A DNA stretch of 64,000 bases from assembly GCA_013285985.1 (NCBI GenBank), contig JABDGR010000001.1, positions 67 through 64,066 of the forward strand. Direction: 5' to 3'. A model generated the notes under the pieces. The model did not search any database. It saw nothing but the letters and a program-made list of their open reading frames with translations, and had not been told where the DNA came from. Position numbers and translations under genes: made by a program. Position 1 is the first letter of the stretch. Each line of letters begins with the position of its first letter. The DNA is from Verrucomicrobiota bacterium. GTDB lineage: Bacteria > Verrucomicrobiota > Verrucomicrobiia > Opitutales > JABDGR01. Shown here in pieces: positions 43,322 to 56,130 of the stretch.

Positions 43322-44521
43322 CTAAGGAATGGTGCCGTAACCGCCGTTGCTCAGGCCGGTTTGAGTCTGGCTGGTGTAGAGCCCGGTGCCGGGGCCATCG
43401 GTGCCGCTGCCGGTGCCGGTGGTGCCATGGCCGAGCTTCTGGACCTGGCTGATGACGAGCAGGTCGAGCTGGTCATGGGGCAGGTCGCCCGCGTTGGCCA
43501 GGACATAGGTGTAAGCCTGGGCCGCGGTCATCGTCGTGAGGGAGTTGGTGGTGGAAGCCCAGGGAGAGGTGAGAACGGTTACGCCAGTCGGATTGACGGT
43601 GGAACCATTCAGCGTGCCGTCATTGTTGCTATCGAGCAGGTTGCCGTTGGAATACACGGATTGACCGATATTCATCTGGAAGAAACAATCGCTCGGGGTG
43701 GTGGTGGCGGGTCCGGTGATGAAGTAATTGTTCACGATGTCGTGGGAGAAGATCCCGCCGGTATTGGCGACCGTGTAGCCGAGTTCGTAATTATAGATGA
43801 CGTTCTGAATGTATTGGTCGTTGTCCTTGGCGAGCGGCTGGCGGTTGTGGCAACTCACCCAGAGGTTATTGATGAACGTGAAGTTGCTGCCTTCGACGTG
43901 GGCGCCAAATTGCTGATTGATGGGATCGGCGATGATGCAGTTTTGCACGGTGACGTTCGAGCAAGTCACGGCGTCAAAGCTGTCCCACTGGCCGAACTCC
44001 AGCGAGCAATGATCAAAGATCATGTTGCTGCCGCCACCGATGTTGACGGCGCTTTCACCACTGTCACCGAGAGTGCCCTGACGAAAGCGCATGAAGCGGC
44101 AGATGATGTTGCTGTGTTTGGAAAACGACACTTCGGCGCCCTCGATACCGATGCCCGTTCCCGAGGACGTGTTGCCGAGGATGGTGAGGTTGCTGCTGCA
44201 GCTTACGGCCGAGGCGAGCTTGATGTAACCGTGGACGCTGAACTGGACGATGCGGTTGCCGGCGCTGACGGCATCACGGAAGGAGCCCGTGCCGCTGTCG
44301 TTCAGGTTGGTAACGGTATAAACGGTGCCGCCGGTGCCACCCGTGGCGTTGGCCCCAAAGCCCATGGCGCCGGGGAAAGCCAGCGCATGCAAGGGACAAC
44401 TGCCGAAGGCCGCGAAGACAAACAGGCCGCAGAAACTGAGCGCAACCAAGCGAAACGCCGAAGCGAAACGCGACGAGAAACCTGCGATAAACGCAGAGAG
44501 CGAACCAAGGATGGTGTTCAT
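43322..44521 (-). CDS. Secreted pectate lyase-like protein (polysaccharide lyase family 1 type)
   Basis: AFPGAMGFGANATGG, VTNLNDSGTGSFRDAVS, IFDHCS..G.WD, HNRQP; signal peptide. Confidence 0.85.
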   Translation of the reverse strand: MNTILGSLSAFIAGFSSRFASAFRLVALSFCGLFVFAAFGSCPLHALAFPGAMGFGANATGGTGGTVYTVTNLNDSGTGSFRDAVSAGNRIVQFSVHGYIKLASAVSCSSNLTILGNTSSGTGIGIEGAEVSFSKHSNIICRFMRFRQGTLGDSGESAVNIGGGSNMIFDHCSLEFGQWDSFDAVTCSNVTVQNCIIADPINQQFGAHVEGSNFTFINNLWVSCHNRQPLAKDNDQYIQNVIYNYELGYTVANTGGIFSHDIVNNYFITGPATTTPSDCFFQMNIGQSVYSNGNLLDSNNDGTLNGSTVNPTGVTVLTSPWASTTNSLTTMTAAQAYTYVLANAGDLPHDQLDLLVISQVQKLGHGTTGTGSGTDGPGTGLYTSQTQTGLSNGGYGTIP

Positions 44522-44969
44522 AGGGATTGGGTTTAAGCAGGGAAAGCCGGCAGAAAAAACCGGCTGCCCAACGGCCCGTGTCTTAAGTGACGGCTGGATG
44601 AACTTGCAATAGGAAAAACTATGTATGGAAAATACTAAGTAGTTTTACCCGGTTGGAAAATTTCTCCCGGGAAAATGAGGGTTCTTTGCCGACGGGCCGT
44701 TTGCGTTTTCGCCGATCTTTGGGCTTAACTCCCCTTAAAAAAATATCGGCGCAACTAAAAGCATGGCCAAAGTGTTGTCGGCAAATGAAGCCTTTACTCT
44801 GGCCGGCTCATCCTCATGTAACAGATAACTGGGCTTAATCCCTTAGCATCCGCCGAGTACACCGCAGACTAAAAAACGGCAACGACCTGCCTTTTATTCG
44901 CCTTGCGGTTTATTTTGCCGAAAACCCCGACCCTGACCGCGAGAAACTATATCCCGACGCCTGGCGGGA

Positions 44970-46028
44970 TTAGCGCGGCTGCTGCTGGCTGAGGCAGTGG
45001 AGTGCGCCGCCTTCGAGCAAAACATCCGAGCAATCGAGCGGCACGATTTCGTGGCCGGGGAAACATTCGTGCAGCGCGTGCGCGGCGAACGCGTCGGTCG
45101 GGCGGTTGTAGGAAGGCATCAAGATCGCGCCGTTGGTGACGACGTAATTGGCGTAGCTCGCGGGCAGCTCGTGCCCGTCCACCTCGACCGGGGGAAAAGG
45201 CACGGGCAGCTCGGCAATTTCAAAGCGGCCGCCCGAGGGCGTGCGGAAATTTTCCTCGAGGGCGAAACGGTTGTGGCGGAGGATTTTGGCGGCTTCGTCC
45301 TGCGCGCCGACGGGCGGCATGACGGTGATGATGCCGTCGTCGCGGAAAAACCGCGTGAGGTTGTCGATGTGGCCGTCGGTGTCGTCGTTGGGCAGGCCTT
45401 CCTGCAGCCAGAGGATTTCCGTCACGCCGAGGCCGCCGGAGAGCAGGCGCGTGTAATCGTCCTTGGTGAGTTCCGGATTGCGGTTCGGGTTGAGGAGGAC
45501 GACCTCGGTGGTCAAGAGCTGGCCGGGGCCGTTGATTTCAATCGCGCCGCCTTCGAGAATGATATCCCCCGAGAAACAGCGCATATTCAGGCTCTCCGCG
45601 ATGCTCGAAGGAATGGCGTCGTCGAGGTCCCAGGGCGAAAACTTTCCGCCCCAGGCGTTGAAGCGCCAACTGGTGACGGCGACTTCGCCAGTCTGGTCGT
45701 TCTTGATGAAGAGCGGGCCGTGGTCGCGGCACCAGACGTCGTTGACCGGATGGTCGAATAATTCTATCACAGAAAGGTCGGTGCGGGCGTCGTTGAGCAG
45801 GCGGCGGATTTCGGCGTGCTGCGCGGCGGAGGCATTGATGCGCACGGGGACGAAGCGGCTGAGCGTGGCGGCATAGTTGGCAAAAAACGGCGGAATGCGC
45901 TCAAAGCGCCCCGGCCACAAATCCGGATTACTCGGCCAAGAAAGCCACATCGCAGCCTGCGGCGCCCATTCCGGCGGCAGGCGAAAGCCGAGCGCGGCGG
46001 GGGTTGGTGCGGGAAAGTCTTTGGTCAC
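44970..46028 (-). CDS. aguA: Agmatine/peptidylarginine deiminase family protein
   Basis: RLPPEW, DVWCRDHGP, FNAWGGK, LEGGA, DDTDGHID, ASYANY, GGALHCLSQQQP; GTG start. Confidence 0.9.
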   Translation of the reverse strand: MTKDFPAPTPAALGFRLPPEWAPQAAMWLSWPSNPDLWPGRFERIPPFFANYAATLSRFVPVRINASAAQHAEIRRLLNDARTDLSVIELFDHPVNDVWCRDHGPLFIKNDQTGEVAVTSWRFNAWGGKFSPWDLDDAIPSSIAESLNMRCFSGDIILEGGAIEINGPGQLLTTEVVLLNPNRNPELTKDDYTRLLSGGLGVTEILWLQEGLPNDDTDGHIDNLTRFFRDDGIITVMPPVGAQDEAAKILRHNRFALEENFRTPSGGRFEIAELPVPFPPVEVDGHELPASYANYVVTNGAILMPSYNRPTDAFAAHALHECFPGHEIVPLDCSDVLLEGGALHCLSQQQPR

Positions 46029-46139
46029 AGGCTGGCCAGTTTGGCAGATTTTCCGGAAATGTCCACTGTTGGGTGTTTCAGATAATAGTGAGTCCGTTTG
46101 AAATTAAGCAGGATTATGGGTATTGGCAAACCCCCCAAG

Positions 46140-46766
46140 CTAGTCGCCGAAACGTTTCACATACCATTTGCCGTCGATTTTGATAAAAGTTAGAGGAATT
46201 TGCGTTTCACCGACAGCAATTCCCTCGTTGCTGAGTTTTGGCGCTGGGAGCATATAAGTCGCTTCATCGCCACTAGTGTTAAAAGTCGGGGTCTGGGTTT
46301 CGAGCCTCTCGTAAGCCTGCGCCCCAGTTTCTCGGGACTGAATGGACGGTGTGACAATTTTGTCGGCGGTACGGTTTTGAGAAGTTTGCAGTTCTTGCAA
46401 ATGCACTGGGTCAAATTGTGCCGGCTCTGTGTAAATTCGATATAATTCCGCCATATCGCCCGCCCGGTATAAACGCGCGATGTCTGGAATCACGGTTTTT
46501 AAATCGGTCTGGGGGTCGGCGGGATCGGGTGGAGTCTCCGTGGGTTTGGATGGTGCGTTGGCGATTTCAGACTTGGACTGAACGGACGGTGCCAAAAATT
46601 TAGCTATTTGAGGCGGCGCGATTGTTTTGGGCGCTTTGGCCTTGGCGGGGGCTGTCGCATCGGCCGTTTTTTCCGGGGTGGACGTGGTTTGCTGCATGAA
46701 CCACCAAACGCCGACAATCACGATGGCGATGAGGAAAACAATCCGGATGAAGTTTTTAGGCTTCAT
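46140..46766 (-). CDS. Stand-alone TM-anchored paralogue of the ECF-fused extracytoplasmic domain (orphan 3)
   Basis: MKPKNFIRIVFLIAIVIVGVWWF...DPQTDLKTVIPD...QTPTFNTSGDEATY...FIKIDGKWY; the longer track ORF just reads into the REPIN. Confidence 0.88.
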   Translation of the reverse strand: MKPKNFIRIVFLIAIVIVGVWWFMQQTTSTPEKTADATAPAKAKAPKTIAPPQIAKFLAPSVQSKSEIANAPSKPTETPPDPADPQTDLKTVIPDIARLYRAGDMAELYRIYTEPAQFDPVHLQELQTSQNRTADKIVTPSIQSRETGAQAYERLETQTPTFNTSGDEATYMLPAPKLSNEGIAVGETQIPLTFIKIDGKWYVKRFGD

Positions 46767-46852
46767 GCGAGTTTTATTCACATTTTTTATCCGATGACGC
46801 AAACCATTCTGCGTGGGGACGGTGATGCATTTGGAAGATGGGTTTATTGTTT

Positions 46853-47067
46853 CGCCCTGCATGGGCGAAGGAGTCCAGCCCAGGGTTGAACGCAGAGAAA
46901 CCCTGGGGGTTCGTGAATTAAACATTTTGCGCTCTGAAGGGCGCAGGAACATGGCTCTACTCTCCTCCGCCCCTTCAGGGCGGGAGATAATATGTTCCTG
47001 TCACCCAGGGTTTCCCCCGCTTACGCGGGGTCAACCCTGGGCTTTGTTCCTGCAGCCTTTCAGGCTG
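46853..47067. repeat. ~215-bp palindromic REPIN/MITE-like element, copy 2
   Basis: Colinear homologue of 33106-33315 in the same orientation. Confidence 0.8.
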
Positions 47068-47144
47068 CTGAATTAACTTCAATTTAACCTGTTTCCGTCC
47101 ACCCCGCCTTGTGTTTTGGTTTAAAACTCCTACGCTGGGTGGCG

Positions 47145-48332
47145 ATGCAATTTTCGACGCGGGTGCCGGCGGCTTTGGAGGACAATGCCCTGGCGCGGGC
47201 GGTGGCGGCGCGGCGCGCAGCCAAGAAAACCATTTATGACCTGACGCTGACCAACCCCACGCAGGCGGGCCTGGATTATCCGACAGCAGAAATCGCCGCG
47301 GCGCTGGCGGAGGGCGCGGCGGCGCCCTACTCTCCCGAGCCGCTCGGGTTGCTCTCCGCCCGCAAAGCCGTCGCCGCTTATTATCCCGGCTGCGGGCTCG
47401 ATGCCGTGGATTGGACGTGTTTACACCTGACCGCGAGCACGAGCGAGGCGTACAGCCTGCTCTTCAAGCTCCTCGGCGAGCCGGGCGTGGAAATCCTGGC
47501 GCCGCGACCGTCGTACCCGCTCATCGAGCACCTGGCGGCGCTCGACGGCTGGAGCGCCCGACCCTATCCGCTAGTTCCAGATCACACGGGAGTCTGGCAC
47601 CTGGACCAGGCCGCCCTCGTGGCCGCAATCACCCCTGCGACGCGCGCCATCGCCGTCATCCACCCGCACAATCCCACGGGCTGGATAGCCAATGGCGCAG
47701 ACACGCATTTTCTTTTGGACACCTGCGCCCGGCACGGCCTGCCACTGATCGCGGATGAAGTTTTCCTGGATTACCCTGCAGTCGGGAACAAAACTTGCGC
47801 GGAGTCTTTCGCCTCCCATAAAAGTTCGGCGCTCACCTTCACGCTGGGCGGCCTCTCCAAAAGCTGCGGGCTGCCGCAGCTCAAACTGGCGTGGATCCAC
47901 ACCGGCGGGCCGGCGGAACTTGTCGCCGAGGCGCAAGCGCGGCTCGACTTCATCGCCGACGCCTATTTGTCCGCCAATACGCCGGTGCAGGCGGCGCTGC
48001 CGAAGCTTTTTGAATGCGGCAAAAAAATCCGCGGGCAAATCCAAAGACGCCTCGAGGAAAATTACGCAGTGCTGGCGGGGCTCACCTGGCCCAAGGGCCT
48101 GGCGGTGATGCCGCGCGAGGCCGGCTGGAGCGCGCTGCTGCGCCGGCCGGCGGCGCCCGATGAGGAGAAACTCGCGCTGAAACTGCTGGAGCGGGCGGGA
48201 GTGCTCGCCCACCCGGGATATTTTTTTGATTTTCCCGAAAGCGGCTGGCACGTGATCAGCCTGTTACCAGAGCCCAAAGAATTTCGCGTCGGCGTAGAGG
48301 GATTGCGCGAGTGGCTGCCGAAACTGGTTTAG
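47145..48332 (+). CDS. PLP-dependent aminotransferase class I/II
   Basis: PHNPTG, IADEVF, GGLSKSCGLPQLKLAW (PLP lysine), HPGYFFDF. Confidence 0.9.
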   Translation: MQFSTRVPAALEDNALARAVAARRAAKKTIYDLTLTNPTQAGLDYPTAEIAAALAEGAAAPYSPEPLGLLSARKAVAAYYPGCGLDAVDWTCLHLTASTSEAYSLLFKLLGEPGVEILAPRPSYPLIEHLAALDGWSARPYPLVPDHTGVWHLDQAALVAAITPATRAIAVIHPHNPTGWIANGADTHFLLDTCARHGLPLIADEVFLDYPAVGNKTCAESFASHKSSALTFTLGGLSKSCGLPQLKLAWIHTGGPAELVAEAQARLDFIADAYLSANTPVQAALPKLFECGKKIRGQIQRRLEENYAVLAGLTWPKGLAVMPREAGWSALLRRPAAPDEEKLALKLLERAGVLAHPGYFFDFPESGWHVISLLPEPKEFRVGVEGLREWLPKLV

Positions 48333-48344
48333 GCGCCTTCGACG

Positions 48345-52656
<4,312 letters not shown>

Positions 52657-52691
52657 GGGGCAAAACACCGACCCGGGCGCGTCTCGCAAGT

Positions 52692-53987
52692 TTATAATCT
52701 ATCCTGCAACACGCCTTCGCCGGCGGGGGTGGCATGGCTGAAGCGCTCGAGAATTTCGCCGAGCAAATAAATTGAGCCGGTGACGACAAAGGTGTCGCCG
52801 GGATTGCCAAGGGCGCACTCGCCGGGGATGGGGAAAATTTTCCCGACCAGGCCGGGGCGCACCGGGCCGCGAAAGGAGGCGGGAACAAGCTTTTGCAATT
52901 CCTCGACCGTCGAGGCGCGGGGTTGGTGGGGTTGGAGCAAAATAATTTCCCGCGCGTGTTTTGCGGCGACGTCGAGCAAGGCGCGCGCGCGGTGCTCGCC
53001 CAGCGCGCCAACGAGGATGATGGGCGCGCGGCCGGTTTCCGCGTGCAAGCGGGCAAGATTTTCGTCGAGCGTCTGCGCGCCTTCGAGATTGTGGGAGGCG
53101 TCGAGGATGAGCGTGCGGCCATGGGATAAAGGAAATTTCTCCCAGCGCGCGGACCACTGCACCTCCGCGAGCGCAGCAGCGCGGGCTTCGTCAGAAACCG
53201 GCAGAGTATTTTGCAGCACTTGCGCGGCGAGCGTGGCGGTGGCGGCGTTGATGCGCTGGTGCGAGCCGGCAAGCCGCGTCTGCGGGTATTTTTCCAAATC
53301 GTCGCCAAAAACCTCGCACACACTGTGCACTGGCGCGCCACGGCCCTCGGCAAGGGTGCGGATGGTGTCCTCGGCCTCCTCCGGCAAGCGGCCAATCACA
53401 ACCGGGACGCCGCGCTTGATGATGCCGGCCTTTTCGGCGGCGATTTCCATCAGCGTTTCGCCCAGAAACTCCGTGTGGTCGAGGCCAATCGAGGTGATGA
53501 CGGATAATTGCGGCTGCACGACATTCGTGGCGTCGAGCCGGCCGCCGAGCCCGACCTCGATGAGGGCGAGGTCCACCTTCTTGCGGGCGAAGTGGAGAAA
53601 TGCTACGGCAGTCATAAATTCGAAAAAAGACGGATGGTCGTCGGGGTCGCGTTCGCCCTGGGCTTCGACGTGCGGGCGCAATTCCCCGACATAGGCGCAA
53701 ATCTCATCGGGAGTCAGCGGCACGCGGTTGACCTGCACGCGCTCGCCGAGAAAAACGAGATGCGGCGAGGTGTACATACCCACGGTGCGGCCCGTGCGCC
53801 GGTGCATGGCCTCGAGCATCGCGCAGACGGAGCCTTTGCCGTTGGTGCCCGCAACGTGGATGACTGGGTAGGTGCGCTCGGGATGTTCGAGCCGCGCGGC
53901 GAAGAGCCGCATGCGGTCAATGCCGTACTTTGGCCCGATTTTTTGTTTGAGGCCGAAGAGATAGTCCTTGGTCGCGGAATAGTCCAT
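52692..53987 (-). CDS. folC: Folylpolyglutamate synthase/dihydrofolate synthase
   Basis: HVAGTNGKGS, YTSPHL, EVGLGGRLDATN, LDHTEFLG, DASHN, GSIYLLG. Confidence 0.95.
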   Translation of the reverse strand: MDYSATKDYLFGLKQKIGPKYGIDRMRLFAARLEHPERTYPVIHVAGTNGKGSVCAMLEAMHRRTGRTVGMYTSPHLVFLGERVQVNRVPLTPDEICAYVGELRPHVEAQGERDPDDHPSFFEFMTAVAFLHFARKKVDLALIEVGLGGRLDATNVVQPQLSVITSIGLDHTEFLGETLMEIAAEKAGIIKRGVPVVIGRLPEEAEDTIRTLAEGRGAPVHSVCEVFGDDLEKYPQTRLAGSHQRINAATATLAAQVLQNTLPVSDEARAAALAEVQWSARWEKFPLSHGRTLILDASHNLEGAQTLDENLARLHAETGRAPIILVGALGEHRARALLDVAAKHAREIILLQPHQPRASTVEELQKLVPASFRGPVRPGLVGKIFPIPGECALGNPGDTFVVTGSIYLLGEILERFSHATPAGEGVLQDRL

Positions 53988-54078
53988 GAAACAGGCAGCA
54001 GGGAAAGGCCAGGAAGGTAGAGGGAGAAACGGCCCGGTGAAAGCGGGAAAATGCCGAAGCGCCGATTTTCCGTAACTT

Positions 54079-54108
54079 TTGACGAGAAATGCCCAATTAA
54101 GGTATAAT
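54079..54108 (+). promoter_or_regulatory. Sigma70-type promoter TTGACG-N18-TATAAT for 54147
   Basis: Direct reading; homologous block before 54856 has TTGACG (54787) N18 TGTTGT. Confidence 0.65.
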
Positions 54109-54146
54109 GGCATTCTTGCCGATCGGCACTCCTGAATAACCTCCAA

Positions 54147-54734
54147 ATGAAAACTCGCATTCTGGCCGTCACCCTCGTCTGCGCGGCCGCCGGGATACTG
54201 GCGTGGTTTTTTTATCCGGCATCGCCCGCGTCGGCGGCGAAGCCCGCCGAAGCCATAACCCTCGCGAAGATTGAAGCATCCAAGCCCGCCGCGCCCCTGT
54301 CCACACCGGTCGCGCCCAAGACCGCATCTGCACAACCGCAGACAGCACCGACAGCAACGGCGGTGGATAATCCAACGGGTGACCCGCGCGGTGATCCCAC
54401 CTCAGCCGTATCCGAGGCCGCGCGCCTTCTGCAAATACGAGATTATGCCGACTTTGTCAGAGAGTTTGTTCCACCCGACAGCTTGCAAAATGACTTGGAT
54501 CGGGGCATGACGGTCAATCAACTCGTGCAAGAGTTTGAAAAGGGTTTCAACGGAGACGGCAAAAATCCCAGTCAGGCCCATCTATTGGAGGTTTTGCAGA
54601 TACTGCAGGGGCGAACGCCTACTTTGGATGCCAAGGGTGAACAGGCGACTTTTACGCTTGATCCACCGGTGGCGGGCTGGGGCGGGGTTAATTTGGTCAA
54701 AATCAATGGACTTTGGTATTTTCCGTATGAATAA
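54147..54734 (+). CDS. Stand-alone TM-anchored paralogue of the ECF-fused domain (orphan 4)
   Basis: MKTRILAVTLV TM; DP.GDP...VPPD...TPTLDAKGEQATF.LDPPV.G...VKINGLWY. Confidence 0.85.
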   Translation: MKTRILAVTLVCAAAGILAWFFYPASPASAAKPAEAITLAKIEASKPAAPLSTPVAPKTASAQPQTAPTATAVDNPTGDPRGDPTSAVSEAARLLQIRDYADFVREFVPPDSLQNDLDRGMTVNQLVQEFEKGFNGDGKNPSQAHLLEVLQILQGRTPTLDAKGEQATFTLDPPVAGWGGVNLVKINGLWYFPYE

Positions 54735-54855
54735 GCGCTGATATTCAACCGCCCACCCACCCTCGAATCCCGATTTTTAGTAACTTTTGACGAGAAATGC
54801 CCAATTAATGTGTTGTGGCAATTCTGCCGATTGGCACTCTTGCATCACCCCCTAA

Positions 54856-55473
54856 ATGAAAACCCGCATCCTCGCCGTCGTCATTTTCTGCGCAGCCGCC
54901 GGCACCCTGGCCTGGCTGTTGTATCCGTCACCGCCCGCGCCGGCCGCGAAAACTGCTGATGCAAAAACCCCTGCGAAGATTGAAGCGCCGAAGCTCGCCG
55001 CGCCCCTGCCCGCGCCAACGCGTTCGGCCCAAGTGGCGCAGCCGGTGGTGGCCGCGGCGACGTCAAACCCGGCCGCCCCCACTCCACCGGCGGACGAAAC
55101 CTTTGTGGCCGAGCCGAAGACGGATTTGAAAGCGTGCGTCTCCACCATGATCCACTTTCTCCAAACGCAAGATATTGTCAGCCTGATCAAGACGGCCATG
55201 CCGCCGGATGCGATAAGCCAGATGATTGCCTCCGGCCAGGCCAGTTCGGTCGAAGATGTCGCCGCGCATTTCCAACAGATGCCCGACATCAGCAGCAAAA
55301 TCAGCCAACTGCTGCAAACCCTGCAAAGCGTCCAGGGCCAGGAGCCGGAAATAAGCGCGGACGGCAAGCACGCCACCTACAAGGTTGAGCCGGGCAACCT
55401 TCCGCCCGATGGGCCCGGCAACAACGGGGGCATCGAATTTGTCCAGGTTGACGGATTTTGGTATCTGCGCTAA
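54856..55473 (+). CDS. Stand-alone TM-anchored paralogue of the ECF-fused domain (orphan 5)
   Basis: MKTRILAVVIF TM; PKTDLKA...MPPD...GQEPEISADGKHATY...FVQVDGFWYL. Confidence 0.85.
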   Translation: MKTRILAVVIFCAAAGTLAWLLYPSPPAPAAKTADAKTPAKIEAPKLAAPLPAPTRSAQVAQPVVAAATSNPAAPTPPADETFVAEPKTDLKACVSTMIHFLQTQDIVSLIKTAMPPDAISQMIASGQASSVEDVAAHFQQMPDISSKISQLLQTLQSVQGQEPEISADGKHATYKVEPGNLPPDGPGNNGGIEFVQVDGFWYLR

Positions 55474-55481
55474 GATGCGGA

Positions 55482-56069
55482 ATGGCCTACGTCCGCCTCG
55501 GGTTTGTTTTGGTGCTGTTGCTGGCGCTGGTATACATGCTGGATAAGTTTGCCGACGCACCAGGTCTGGAGTCGCCGGACGCGACGCCGACGGCCGCATC
55601 ACCGGCCGCGAATACCGCAGGCGCACAAGCCACCGCGCCCGCCCTGTCTCCAGCGGACAAGTCGGCAACCCCAGGGACAGCCGCGGCCCCAACCGCCAGC
55701 GACCCGCAGGCGGAGTTGAGCACCGCGATTCCGGACATGGTGAACCTGATCCAATCGGGGCAACTGCTCACGGCGTTCAAGCGATACATACCGCCGTCCT
55801 ACCTCGCGCAAATGCCCCAGCCGGTGATCGACCAGCTGGAACAACAGGAGCAAAATTTGCTGGCGGACCCGAAGGCGCAGCAACGAAGGCTCCGGGTGGT
55901 GCAGGTTTTGCAGACCATGCAGGGCCAGGCGCCGGAATTGAACAGCGACCGGGACCGCGCGGTGTATCACGATGAGTCGGCCCCCGACCCCGACCTGCGG
56001 CAAATCGCCTTCATCAAAGTCGGCGGCAAATGGTATCTGGCGCCCGCGGCCAATGCGTTGTTTTTCTGA
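55482..56069 (+). CDS. Stand-alone TM-anchored paralogue of the ECF-fused domain (orphan 6)
   Basis: MAYVRLGFVLVLLL TM; DPQAELSTAIPDM...YIPP...GQAPELNSDRDRAVY...FIKVGGKWY. Confidence 0.85.
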   Translation: MAYVRLGFVLVLLLALVYMLDKFADAPGLESPDATPTAASPAANTAGAQATAPALSPADKSATPGTAAAPTASDPQAELSTAIPDMVNLIQSGQLLTAFKRYIPPSYLAQMPQPVIDQLEQQEQNLLADPKAQQRRLRVVQVLQTMQGQAPELNSDRDRAVYHDESAPDPDLRQIAFIKVGGKWYLAPAANALFF

Positions 56070-56082
56070 TGGCGGCGTTTTT

Positions 56083-56126
56083 TGTCCGATTCTGCGTTGG
56101 GCGGTGTATATTCCCTGAAACCGCCC
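56083..56126 (+). promoter_or_regulatory. Putative autoregulatory ECF promoter TGTCCG-N16-TGTATA with hairpin GGGCGGT/ACCGCCC
   Basis: Motif conserved upstream of all five sigma genes. Confidence 0.7.
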
Positions 56127-56130
56127 GCCG

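Larger units (their letters stand above)
41881..44973. mobile_element. 3004-bp genomic islet bounded by an 89-bp direct repeat (41881-41969 / 44885-44973) of the HhH gene 3' end; no integrase inside
   Basis: Both repeats encode LPFIRLAVYFAENPDPDREKLYPDAWRD*; 12 mismatches, all synonymous. Confidence 0.75.

Noticed and set aside
53988..54335. Long N-terminal extensions of folC (and of pyrG to 50255, ftsK to 49960)
   Set aside because: They overlap divergent genes or promoters; family homology starts at the downstream start codons
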